Of a DNA stretch of 64,000 bases, positions 36,726 to 46,039 are shown piece by piece. The translations under genes and the position numbers were made by a program. The notes beneath the pieces were generated by a model, which was given only the letters and a program-made list of their open reading frames with translations, was not told the DNA's origin and did not search any database. Origin of the DNA: an uncultured Hyphomicrobiales bacterium (GTDB lineage Bacteria; Pseudomonadota; Alphaproteobacteria; Rhizobiales; Xanthobacteraceae); assembly GCA_964453555.1 (NCBI GenBank), contig CAYVPC010000001.1, positions 2,340 to 66,339 on the forward strand. Reading direction: 5' to 3'. Within the stretch, counting starts at the first letter, position 1. Every line of letters starts with the position of its first letter.

Positions 36726-37306
36726 CTAGGCGCTCTTCGCGCCCTCCGTCTCCCGCACTGCTTTCAACGCCACGCCCCACCAAATCAGATGGTCGAACAT
36801 CGCCTTCCGGCTTTGCACCAGGTATTCCAGACGTTCAATGCGGCGCCCTTCTGGACGATGCCGAGGTAAGGCTCCATCCCGATGTTCACTTCCTGCTTGA
36901 TCGGCGCCATCTGTAGTTCGATAGCCCGCCACGCAGGGTCTCAATCGCGCGGGCGGCGCCGACGCCACCGTAGCCAACAAAAGCGATGGGCTTGCGTTGC
37001 CACTCGAGGGACGCGCTGTCGAAAGCGTTCTTGAGAACCGCCGCGGGACCGTGATTGTATTCGGCGACCGTTGCAATAGAACCGTCGAACTCGCCGATAC
37101 GTTTACGCCAAGCCTCCGCCTGGGGCTCCGCCAGTATAGGCCGGCGGTGCCGGCTCATTGAAGAACGGCAGCTTGTAGTCCCGGAGATCAAGCGTTTCGA
37201 GCTTGAGATCATTCAGCGCGGCCGCGCCGTCGAGCAGCCATTTCGCCGGCATATCGGCGAACCGGTTCGGTCTGGTGCTCCCGATGATCATTCCAATCTT
37301 CAGCAT
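36726..37306 (-). pseudogene. NADPH-dependent FMN reductase, disrupted by about three frameshifts
   Basis: The N-terminus MLKIGMIIGSTRPNRF...FFNEP is in one frame. AEAWRKRIGEFDGSIATVAEYNHGPAAVLKNAFDSASLEWQRKPIAFVGYGGVGAARAIETLR is in a second, AIELQMAPIKQEVNIGMEPYLGIVQKG in a third, and RRIERLEYLVQSRKAMFDHLIWWG in a fourth. All segments are collinear with one flavodoxin-like FMN reductase. Confidence 0.8.
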
Positions 37307-37365
37307 GACTTCTCCTCAAAAATGGCGGCCAAATAGTATCTGGCACCGCCACCGCCCGAGCGACC

Positions 37366-37734
37366 TCAGGTGCTCGCGGGTTGATCAAGAAAGGCGTATA
37401 GGGCTCGGATTCTTTCATGGTCGAAGACCGCGATGTCCATACCCGTGACAACCGGTGGGGCTCCGGCAGGTCCGAACTGCCACCGCAAACGGCCAAGACC
37501 GTGATTGAGCTGCGCAGGCCCTGCCGCGCGAAACACGAAACCGGGAGCATCCTTGAGAATACTCTCGATCTTCGCGTTGAGCGCTTCCCGGCCGTTAATC
37601 TGCTCCTCCGCCTCGAAAAACGTGCAGTCTGCGTTGTAGAGCTCAGCTATCGCGGCCGCGCGTCGTGTGGAATCTCGCTGCCCGAATACCTCGAGCAGGT
37701 TCCTTTCCATTAGGGTAGCGAGTGCATCGCTCAT
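37366..37734 (-). CDS. NTF2/SnoaL-like small protein
   Basis: 122-aa ORF with an NTF2-like pattern (...FGQRDSTRRAAAIAELYNADCTFFE...). Overlaps the stop of the upstream ORF. Confidence 0.55.
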   Translation of the reverse strand: MSDALATLMERNLLEVFGQRDSTRRAAAIAELYNADCTFFEAEEQINGREALNAKIESILKDAPGFVFRAAGPAQLNHGLGRLRWQFGPAGAPPVVTGMDIAVFDHERIRALYAFLDQPAST

Positions 37735-38207
37735 CGCAGATCCTCCCGCTCAGAACATTCCGTTCGGGTTGGCGCGCGGAATGTTCGGCGCGACCATCGG
37801 CACCGCGTTTTCGGATCGCCAACGAGTTGCAAGGTGTCCCAATGTTCGATTGCCTTGCCGTCGGCGTCAAACTTGTAGATGTCGACGCCGGCGATTCCCG
37901 TATCATCCGGATCATCGTTGAAGAGATTCAGAAAGTTGACGTGTGCCCATACATAGTCGCCAACGGCGATAATGCGGTGGACGACGACGCGGGCTCGGGC
38001 GCGTTCCCGTGTGACCCGACCGAAGAACTGACCTAGCGCGACCGAACCGTCTGCGATCAGCGGGTTGTGCTGGATGTATGCGGGGCTGACGAATTTGGCC
38101 GTGGCCTCCTCGGACTTCTTCTTGTTGACCATCAGATCGTAGAGGGCGAGCACATTGTTCTTGTTGCGAACAGCACGGCTATCTTTGACGTCAATGATTT
38201 CAATCAT
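37731..38207 (-). CDS. NTF2-family protein, probably with a C-terminal frameshift
   Basis: Start at the internal ATG (MIEIIDVKD...). After ...LQLVGDPK the ORF turns into an Arg-rich tail. A -1 shift in the aaaa run near 37822 gives NAVPMVAPNIPRANPNGMF-stop (37750..37752), which looks like the native ending. Confidence 0.55.
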   Translation of the reverse strand: MIEIIDVKDSRAVRNKNNVLALYDLMVNKKKSEEATAKFVSPAYIQHNPLIADGSVALGQFFGRVTRERARARVVVHRIIAVGDYVWAHVNFLNLFNDDPDDTGIAGVDIYKFDADGKAIEHWDTLQLVGDPKTRCRWSRRTFRAPTRTECSEREDLR

Positions 38208-38246
38208 GGCTGGCTCCTTTTGTAACAGGATGATTATCAAGCGGAC

Positions 38247-39115
38247 CTAGCTCAGACCGGCGAGTTGGAGGCGCAACGCATCTTGCTCGGCGTCGGATTT
38301 CTCGCGAACGACCCGGAGCATCTCTTCGGCGTCCGCTCCCACCGGGGCGCGGCTCGGCGCGGGCGTTTGCTCGGCCAGCTCGATCACTCTCCGGGCGGCG
38401 GCGGCTGAGTCGAGCCCACTGTTCTGCATGCCGTTGAGAGCGCCAGCGAACGATCCGAAAGTTTGCCCGTAAAGGTCGCGCTGTTTGGGCGTCATCCCAT
38501 CGGCCACCCGCTTGAGGGCCGCAGCCGTTTTCGCGGGGCCGCCGGTTTTCATATTGCCTGCGGCCGCCACCACAACATCGATGCCGAACCGCTTGAGCTC
38601 GGCGCGGTAGACGGTAGCAAACACCTCCATCGCCGCCTTCGATGCGCCCGATGGTCCGTTGAACGGCAGCGGGACGCTGGCGGTCCAGGTGCTGACCTGA
38701 ACGATACGGCCACGCGCCTCGCGAAGCGCCGGCAAGAACGCGTTCATGACCGACAGGGCACCGAAAACATTGACTTCGAATTCGTGCCGGATGGCGTCGA
38801 GCGGCAAAACTTCCAGCGGTCCTGGCGTGAGGATGCCTGCATTGTTGATCAGGAGATTCAGGCCGTCATCACTAAGGGCGTCGGACACACCTGCGGCCCA
38901 GGTCTTCACGGCCTGCTCTTTGGTGATGTCGCAAACGGCCAGGCTGACACGCCCACCGGAGGTGTCCTTCAAATCCTGAACTTCCGCAGGAGAGGCCGCC
39001 GTGCCGAAGAGACATATCCTTTGGCGGCGAGCCCGAGCGCGATATCGCGGCCAAGGCCGCCGCCTGCGCCCGTGACCACTGCGGATCGGCCGGAATGTTC
39101 GGATGCAGGTGCCAT
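38247..39115 (-). pseudogene. Short-chain dehydrogenase/reductase split by a frameshift near 38985
   Basis: The N-terminal piece (track ORF 38969..39157) carries AVVTGAGGGLGRDIALGLAAKGY. The rest (38247..38972) carries LINNAGIL and ...SGASKAAMEVF. A shift restores YVFGTAASPAEVQDLKDT. The usual YxxxK Tyr position reads Ser. Confidence 0.75.
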
Positions 39116-39228
39116 CACGCGTCTCCCATCGGGTTGTTCGGGGCGGGCGTTCCCCAACCCCCTGGACCGGTTGCCGGTCGACGGTTATAGGACTAATGTT
39201 CCCCGTGGCGACGCACTAGCCTCATCAA

Positions 39229-40128
39229 TTGGCTATCTGTGTCGCGAAAAGTGGAACGGTCGTCTTGGACCTGGAAGACCTGCAGACGTTTGTTGAAGTG
39301 GCCGACGCCGGCGGCGTATCGCGAGCCGCACGCCGGCTCGGTGTGTCAAAATCCATCGTCAGCCGACGGTTGGGCCGGCTTGAAACAGAGCTTGGTATCC
39401 AGCTTCTGGCGCGGACGACCCGCGGTGCCGCGCTCACCGAAGCGGGCGTGACGTTCCGTGACCATGCCGCGCGGGTCTGCACCGAAATGGATCTTGCGCG
39501 AGAGACGATCCTCCCCGCGGGTGATCTGCGCGGCAGATTGCGGGTCGCTGCGCCCCTATCTTTCGGTCCCACGCATTTGGCGCCTGTGCTTGCTCAGCTC
39601 GCGCGTAGACATCCGCGCCTTCAGGTGCACGCGAGCTATAGTGACCGTGTCGTTGACATGGTCGGCGAAGGTTTCGACTGCGCAATTCGCGTGGGTTACC
39701 TCAGCGACTCGAACCTGATCGCACGGCGGATCGGGCCCATCCGTGGAAAACTCGTCGCAAGCCCCGTATATGTCAGGGAACATGGTGCTCCCGAAACGCC
39801 GGGCCAACTCCTCGCGCATCAATGTCTCGTGCAAGGCACCGAGACTTGGCAGTTCATTGACGGAGACAAGACGATCGCCGTGCATCCGCAAGGTCGATTC
39901 AAAGCGGACAACGGTGTGGCTCTTGCTGCGGCAGCCGTCGCTGGGCTTGGCATAGCGGCGCTACCGGATTTTTTGACAGAGAAAGAGCTCGCGTCTGGCG
40001 CCCTGGTGGCGCTGATGAATAGCTGTCCGCCCGCTGAAGCTGGGATTTTTATTGTCCGACCACCGGGGCACCACCCCGCACGAAAGGTCCGGGTCCTTAC
40101 TGAATTGCTGATTGAGCATTTTGGGTAA
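39229..40128 (+). CDS. LysR-family transcriptional regulator, divergent from the decayed SDR/NTF2/FMN-reductase genes
   Basis: LEDLQTFVEVADAGGVSRAARRLGVSKSIVSRRLGRLETELGIQLLARTTR is the LysR HTH. The real start is probably TTG 39265 (MDLEDLQTF). Confidence 0.85.
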   Translation: MAICVAKSGTVVLDLEDLQTFVEVADAGGVSRAARRLGVSKSIVSRRLGRLETELGIQLLARTTRGAALTEAGVTFRDHAARVCTEMDLARETILPAGDLRGRLRVAAPLSFGPTHLAPVLAQLARRHPRLQVHASYSDRVVDMVGEGFDCAIRVGYLSDSNLIARRIGPIRGKLVASPVYVREHGAPETPGQLLAHQCLVQGTETWQFIDGDKTIAVHPQGRFKADNGVALAAAAVAGLGIAALPDFLTEKELASGALVALMNSCPPAEAGIFIVRPPGHHPARKVRVLTELLIEHFG

Positions 40129-40187
40129 TTTGATCGAACAAGGTCTCGCACAAAACGTGCCCACCTTCTCGACGCAGGTCTCTGGGC

Positions 40188-40601
40188 GCACACCATTTTG
40201 CCCGCGCCAGCCTTTACATCATTGGTCATCTGCGCGATCCAGCCTTGTCGGTAGAACGCATCGCCAGCGCGACCGGACTTTCCGCCGGGCACCTTCACGA
40301 AGTTTTTCGCCGAGCTACCGGCGCAACGATCGGCGACTATATCCGCGCCCAGCGATTGGAACGATGCCGCCGTGATCTCGCCGACCAGAGCCTGCGGCAC
40401 CAAAGCATCACGTTTATTGCCCATCGCTGGGGCCTCTCGGAAGGCAGCAGCTTAAGTCGCGCATTTCGCGCCGCCTATCAGACAAGCCCACGGCGATATC
40501 GGCAGGCCGGCACCCTTGCCCGGGAACAAATCGGCCCGCGGTCGCGCGTGGCCGTCGGCACGCTGGTCGTTCGTGAGAAAGGGGCGCCGCGCGGCTCCTG
40601 A
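40188..40601 (+). pseudogene. Truncated duplicate of the AraC regulator gene at 12124..13227 (HTH half only)
   Basis: About 500 nt at roughly 90 percent identity to 12814..13345, including ~90 nt beyond the stop codon. The N-terminal ~230 codons are missing. Confidence 0.8.
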
Positions 40602-40731
40602 ATCTTGCTAGCCGAACATCGGGGTCGGGAAGTGGAGCTGAATCCCGGCGACGCCTCGGGCATCCAAGATTGCCCTGCGATGTGCCCCTGGCGGCGGCCC
40701 GCCTATCGGACGAACGGCGATTCGGTTGCGT

Positions 40732-41097
40732 TCAACTTGCGCGGATCCATTCGCGCGCCGGTGCGGCGTCGGCCGCTGAAAAGACCTTCGTCATAATCGG
40801 CATGAAGAGACTAAAAAATAACGCCGAGTTCTTGATCCATTCGACATCGGTGACGATGGCGACCCGCTCCCAACGCATGAGATGTGTCATTCCCACCTTG
40901 AAATCTTCCCATGCGGCGCCTGGGGCGAAGCCGGTGAAATCAGCACCGGTTTCGTAATAAAGGCGAATTTTGTCGTGGGCCTGCAGGGCGTGCCGCACGG
41001 TCGGCACGAGAACCGCATCGTAATCCGCGGTAGTGACCCAGCCGTGGCAAATGACGGCGACAATATTGTCGGGAAAATCGGTCAGTTGCTCAATCAT
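40732..41097 (-). CDS. SpoIIAA-like STAS/SEC14 domain protein (DUF3478 type)
   Basis: MIEQLTDFPDNIVAVICHGWVTTADYDAVLVP...KIRLYYETGADFTGFAPGAAWEDFKVGMTHLMRWERVAIVTD matches the family pattern as I remember it. Confidence 0.7.
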   Translation of the reverse strand: MIEQLTDFPDNIVAVICHGWVTTADYDAVLVPTVRHALQAHDKIRLYYETGADFTGFAPGAAWEDFKVGMTHLMRWERVAIVTDVEWIKNSALFFSLFMPIMTKVFSAADAAPAREWIRAS

Positions 41098-41582
41098 TGG
41101 CACGATCCGTACGGCTGCGGGGCAATTGGGTTAAGCATAATGATTGCCGGAGGCGATCGACGCAACCCGCATCCGGGACGAAAAACCGGAATATGTCGCG
41201 CTTCGGAAGGGCGCCGATGCGTAAGCTGGAGCAGCTACGCTCGTCGCACCGGTTGCAGTCACGGCGGCGCGACCGCTCGGCATCCCGGCTTGGGGCGGCA
41301 GCTGCCGGCCGTTGCCGGTAGAGTGAAAATTAGAGGTTAAGCGGAGCAGTCCAATATAGCGCGAGGAGCCACGCAGCTAATGCCGCTACAAATAAGCCGA
41401 AACCGGCTTGGGCAAGCCAATGATCTTTCGGCGCCGCTCTGTTGATGCGAGTTGACATACAAAACAGTATGGACTCATTGGCAGCGTAGTCGAGTTGAAT
41501 CAGGAATTAATTTTAATTTCCCACCGCAGATGACCTCCAAAATCGTCTAAAATTCTCACCGGCCGGCGCCGAGGTCAATCCG

Positions 41583-42833
41583 ATGAAAGCATCGCTCGAC
41601 GATATTAAAAATAAAACCGAACAAGACCCGCTGGTTTTTGATCCACGCTTCATTGCGATGTCGCCGGACCCTTTTCCGGCTCTGAAGGCGTTCCGAGAGA
41701 GCGATCCAGTTCACTGGAGCACGAAACTTTCCGCCTGGATCTTGACGCGTTATGACGACGTACGGAAGGCACTGAAGGTGCCGGATTTGTCGGCCAACAG
41801 ACTGCAGCCATTCTTCGAGCAGCTGCCGCAAGGCAAGCGCAGCGCAATGGCGGATCTGATCCGTTACCTATCGTTGTGGGCATCCTTCCGCGACCCGCCG
41901 GATCATAGCCGCGTTCGCGGCATCCTGAACGCCGCGTTCCCGCTGAAAATAGTGGAGGACTGGACCCCCAGGATCGCAATCATCGTCGACAACCTCCTGG
42001 ATCGCATGGAGCAACAATCGAGTCCGGAACTGATACGCGACCTCGGCTTCCGGCTGCCTTGGACGGTGATCATGGACATGCTCGGCGTCCCTGCGTCTTA
42101 TCTCGACGAGGCTGGGCGCTGGTCGAATGATATTGCATTGTTCATCGGCTCTTCACAAAACGCGCCGGACAAATACGAGCGAGCGCAGGAGGCGACGCGC
42201 CGAATGAAGGAGATGCTTGTTGCTATCGTGGCCGACCGCCGCGCTCATCCCCAGCAAGATCTTCTGAGTGTCCTTATTCACGCCGATCAGGGGCGTGGAC
42301 CGCTGACGCATGAGGAGGTGCTGGCGACTTGTATTCTATTGATCGTCGCCGGCCACGAAACGACTGCCTTGTCGATCGGCAACAGTGTTCGCACGCTGCT
42401 CAGACATCCGGAGCAACTGGAAAGATTGCGCAGTGATCCTTCGCTGTTGTCCAGCGCGGTTGAGGAATGCCTGCGTTTTGAGGGGCCGGTCGGCTCGGTG
42501 GGCCGCGTCGTTGCCGTCGACCATGAGATGCGAGGAAAACATCTGAAAAGCGGGGATAGAGTCTTCCTGATGATCGGCGCGGCCAATCGGGACAATAGTG
42601 CTTTCAAGGATCCCGATATGTTCGACGTGGGTCGAACGCCTAATCCGCATCTGACCTTCGGCGGCGGCCTGCACTTTTGCCTCGGCGCCCCGCTGGCACG
42701 ATTGGAGATCAAGTTGGCCTTGGACAAGATGATTCGGCGTTACCCCCAAATGGGGCTTATCGACCGACCGTTGGAGTGGACCAATACATTGGTAATGCGA
42801 GGTCTTAAGGCTTTGCCGCTCAGGCTGGAATAG
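41583..42833 (+). CDS. Cytochrome P450
   Basis: I-helix AGHETT, EECLRF (ExxR) and heme loop FGGGLHFCLGAPLA. Confidence 0.92.
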   Translation: MKASLDDIKNKTEQDPLVFDPRFIAMSPDPFPALKAFRESDPVHWSTKLSAWILTRYDDVRKALKVPDLSANRLQPFFEQLPQGKRSAMADLIRYLSLWASFRDPPDHSRVRGILNAAFPLKIVEDWTPRIAIIVDNLLDRMEQQSSPELIRDLGFRLPWTVIMDMLGVPASYLDEAGRWSNDIALFIGSSQNAPDKYERAQEATRRMKEMLVAIVADRRAHPQQDLLSVLIHADQGRGPLTHEEVLATCILLIVAGHETTALSIGNSVRTLLRHPEQLERLRSDPSLLSSAVEECLRFEGPVGSVGRVVAVDHEMRGKHLKSGDRVFLMIGAANRDNSAFKDPDMFDVGRTPNPHLTFGGGLHFCLGAPLARLEIKLALDKMIRRYPQMGLIDRPLEWTNTLVMRGLKALPLRLE

Positions 42834-43215
42834 TAGCAGAAGACATTCTCTCGTCAGCAATCAACGCGGGCATTTTACAATAAGCGTCCACTCTTTGATA
42901 AGTGCCGCACGTTCCCGCCGTTTGCCATCAAAGCGCAATCGAGCCCCGGCGAGCGGCATTTGGCTATTCAGAAAGCGCGCGGAGCGGCCTCAGCTCAACA
43001 GCTGCCGTGTCCTTGTGGGCGGCATTGGTGCCTAATCTTTCGGCGTTGTCGCGGATGACAGATAATGTCACGCCGTCATATCATTGTTGAGTGGGCTGTC
43101 ACAAAACTAGCCGGCCGGTCAAAGGGCGTCACAATGGCGGTCGAGAGAGGGTCGGCGCCATCTCGGCAAACGCCGCGGCGCAATTGAGCACGCGGAAAAC
43201 CGGGCGGGTTCCGGT

Positions 43216-43845
43216 ATGAGATTCCCGACGCGACTTATCGAGGGTTATCGCGCCTTTGTCGACACCCGCTTGCCGCTCGAGCGCAGCCGATACCACAAAC
43301 TCGCCGAAACAGGTCAGCGGCCCGAAGTCATGGTCATCTGCTGTTGCGATTCGCGCGTATCCCCCGAAGTCATCTTCGATGCGCACCCCGGCGAAATGTT
43401 CGTGGTGCGAAACGTGGCCAACCTGGTACCGCCTTACTCCCCGTCCGGCCTCACGCATGGCGTTTCGGCGGCGCTTGAATTCGCAGTGCAGATTCTTGGT
43501 GTGAAGCACATCGTCGTGATGGGGCACACGCACTGCGGCGGAATCAGAGCGTACGCGGAGCATCAGCACCGGCTGGTTGCCGGAGATTTTATCGATAACT
43601 GGATGTCGTTGATCGCGCCGGCGGCGAAGTCGGTCGCAGAAATGGGCGATCTGGCGTGGCCTGATTATCTCGGTCGGCTGGAATGTGCGTCGGTTATTGC
43701 GACGCTGGATAATCTGATGACCTTTCCCATGGTGGGAGATCGGGTTCGTCAAAAGCAGCTTGAGCTCGTGGGCGCCTATTTCGACGTCGGCACTGGCGAT
43801 TTGTCGGTGTACGATCCAAGCTCCGGTGAGTTCGCGCCAGTCTAA
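43216..43845 (+). CDS. Beta-class carbonic anhydrase
   Basis: CCDSR and HTHCGG zinc-ligand motifs; ~209 aa. Confidence 0.9.
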   Translation: MRFPTRLIEGYRAFVDTRLPLERSRYHKLAETGQRPEVMVICCCDSRVSPEVIFDAHPGEMFVVRNVANLVPPYSPSGLTHGVSAALEFAVQILGVKHIVVMGHTHCGGIRAYAEHQHRLVAGDFIDNWMSLIAPAAKSVAEMGDLAWPDYLGRLECASVIATLDNLMTFPMVGDRVRQKQLELVGAYFDVGTGDLSVYDPSSGEFAPV

Positions 43846-43897
43846 AACGCATGAGCAGCAAACGCCGGCGCCAGCAAACAAACACCCGACTGCGCGT

Positions 43898-45178
43898 TTA
43901 GAACAGCGCTATCCATTTTGCGGCGATGAAGATCAAGAGACCGACCAAACCGCCGACCAGCGTTCCGTTGATGCGGATATATTGCAGATCCTTGCCGACT
44001 TGCAGCTCCAGCCGATCAACTAGCGTCGCGCTGTCCCAATCCTGGACCACGCGTTCGATATAAGCGCCGATTTCGTATCGATAAAGCAACAGGAACTGTT
44101 GCGCGATGACGCGAATTCGGCGATTGAGATGCGTCTTGCGGGTCTCGTCCTCTTGCAACCAGGATCCGATGCTGCGAAGCGCCTGCTCGCAGGTACGGGC
44201 AATCGTGTCCGTATGAGCCGAGAATCCCGAATTGAGGCCACTTTCGATTTCAGCCCACAGCGTCCTCGCTTGCCCGATCAGCAGCGGGCTGGCAAGCAGC
44301 TCGGCCTTTATCCGCTCGGCTTGCACCTTTATTTGCGGGTCGGACGCCAAATCGGCGATGAGTTTTTCAACTGCCTTCTGCAACTCAATCCGCCACGGAT
44401 GACGCGGATTACGCATCTCGCCGAGCGTGGTCAACATACCGTTGAGGACTTTTTCGGCGATCATTCTGTCGATCCATTTTGGTATCCAGCGCGAAGACTC
44501 CTGCGATATCTTGCGGGCCAGATGCTCTTTGTTCTCGGCGAGCCAGTCTTCGCCATAGTCGATCCCGTGCGCGAGTAATGCTTGCGCCTCTCCTTGGGCC
44601 CAAATAATCGCAAGCGCCTTCGACGCAAACGGCGCCGCCGGAATTGCCTCCAGGGCTTGCCGCGCCAGATTTCCAACCGACTTGCCGATCTGTGGCGCGG
44701 GCAACAGCCTGGAAATCCGCGGCACAAGTACTGCCGCATAATCTCCAAGCCGATTCGCATTCGCAGGCTCCGCGATCCATTGCGCCATCGAGCCGACCAT
44801 GTCTATGCGCTCGAGCTTTTCGTTCATCGCCGACGGAGTCAGGAAATTATTGGTGATGAAATTGCCGAGTGCCTTGCCGATCCGGTCCTTATTGTTTGGA
44901 ACAATGCCCGTGTGCGGTATTGGCAGTCCGAGCGGCCGGCGAAACAGGGCGACAATCGCAAACCAGTCGGCGCAGGCGCCGACCATCCCTGCTTCGGAGA
45001 ACGCCCGCAAATACGGAATCCATGGCCAGTCGAGCTTGGCCGCGGTCGTCGCGATGAAAATAGCCGTCATCAGGACGAGCAGCAGAGTCGCCACGGTCCG
45101 CATGCGTCGAAGCCCGAGGATTCGCGGATCATCGGCGCTCTTGGGTAACTGCGGTGAAACCAACATCTCCGGCCCCAT
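43898..45178 (-). CDS. DUF445 (YjiN-like) membrane protein, last gene of the fez-like operon
   Basis: …AFSEAGMVGACADWFAIVALFRRPLGLPIPHTGIVPNNKDRIGKALGNF… and a C-terminal …LQYIRINGTLVGGLVGLLIF are typical DUF445 blocks. Confidence 0.75.
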   Translation of the reverse strand: MGPEMLVSPQLPKSADDPRILGLRRMRTVATLLLVLMTAIFIATTAAKLDWPWIPYLRAFSEAGMVGACADWFAIVALFRRPLGLPIPHTGIVPNNKDRIGKALGNFITNNFLTPSAMNEKLERIDMVGSMAQWIAEPANANRLGDYAAVLVPRISRLLPAPQIGKSVGNLARQALEAIPAAPFASKALAIIWAQGEAQALLAHGIDYGEDWLAENKEHLARKISQESSRWIPKWIDRMIAEKVLNGMLTTLGEMRNPRHPWRIELQKAVEKLIADLASDPQIKVQAERIKAELLASPLLIGQARTLWAEIESGLNSGFSAHTDTIARTCEQALRSIGSWLQEDETRKTHLNRRIRVIAQQFLLLYRYEIGAYIERVVQDWDSATLVDRLELQVGKDLQYIRINGTLVGGLVGLLIFIAAKWIALF

Positions 45179-45214
45179 GAGCCCAGTAAACCGTTTCCGT
45201 CTTCGGAAAGCGAT

Positions 45215-46039
45215 CTACCTCCGGCTCTTGCGCTGCGGCGCATGGGCGTCGTAGTGCCGCCGCACGACGGTTGCTCCGTATTGTCGCTCAAGCTGCCGTA
45301 TCGCGAAGTGGCCCCGGGCTACGCGTTGAAAATGATTCATGAAAAGGACGTTTATGGTCGCGCCGCCGACCGCGCCGAGCACCGGCAAAGCGCTGGCGGC
45401 GGACCGTTCGGAAACGACGACGCCGAACCGGGTTGCGATTTCGGTCACTAGGCCGCTGACGACGGGTGCCGACAGACTGGCCACACTGCGTTCGGCGAAA
45501 ATGCTGGTGGCATCGGCGGCCAATCTGCCGATAAGCGCGCGTGAAGCGTAATAGCCGATGTCGGTTCGCCCGGTGTCCACGTTGGGAGCACCCAGCGCGA
45601 AGACTTCGACGCATGCCAGACGCGCTTCCAAGGTCGACAAATTCTCGCCGTGATGTCTCGCGATGTCGGCGATTGCGCGGAGCATCAGGGTCGTTGTCAC
45701 CGGCAGCTCGATCGGCAGAGCGGCGAGGCCGAAGAAACCGCCGACCCCGCCGCTGATGCCGGCGAGCACAGACGCCGCGCGCCGGGCGGGCGGTCGCTTC
45801 GACCTCGGCTCGATCGAGCGAATGGCCACGTTGAGCGATTTGAGGATCGCGTTCTCGACGACCCTATTGAAACGGTTCGACGCCGCCTTCGGCATCAGCC
45901 GCAACACGCGGTCAATGGGCCGGCCAGCATAATCCGCAAGCTGCGCGGCAAAGTCGCGATTTTCCAGATCGGCGATGGCGCGCTGAAGCGCTTGTTGATG
46001 GAATGGCTGCAGCTTGATCGTGGGTTCGGCCGGGATCAT
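45215..46039 (-). CDS. EcsC-family protein
   Basis: The internal ATG forms an ATGA overlap with the ATPase stop. The product has the N-terminal ...LENRDFAAQLADYAGRPIDRVLRLMPKAA... and C-terminal GGATINVLFMNHFQ blocks that I associate with EcsC. Confidence 0.65.
   Translation of the reverse strand: MIPAEPTIKLQPFHQQALQRAIADLENRDFAAQLADYAGRPIDRVLRLMPKAASNRFNRVVENAILKSLNVAIRSIEPRSKRPPARRAASVLAGISGGVGGFFGLAALPIELPVTTTLMLRAIADIARHHGENLSTLEARLACVEVFALGAPNVDTGRTDIGYYASRALIGRLAADATSIFAERSVASLSAPVVSGLVTEIATRFGVVVSERSAASALPVLGAVGGATINVLFMNHFQRVARGHFAIRQLERQYGATVVRRHYDAHAPQRKSRR

Noticed and set aside
5600-40688. Hypothesis that the two repeat pairs (5.6/36.4 kb and 12.8/40.2 kb) are the ends of one large tandem duplication
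   Set aside because: The offsets differ (about 30.8 versus 27.4 kb), and nothing else between them is duplicated. They must be independent events or relics.
41330-41458. 42-aa minus-strand micro-ORF MSTRINRAAPKDHWLAQAGFGLFVAALAAWLLALYWTAPLNL with one TM segment
   Set aside because: It has no Shine-Dalgarno sequence and no supporting context. It could be real, but the evidence is too thin to list as a feature.
43129-43881. 250-aa minus ORF
   Set aside because: It is antisense to the beta-carbonic anhydrase gene, which has both zinc-ligand motifs.
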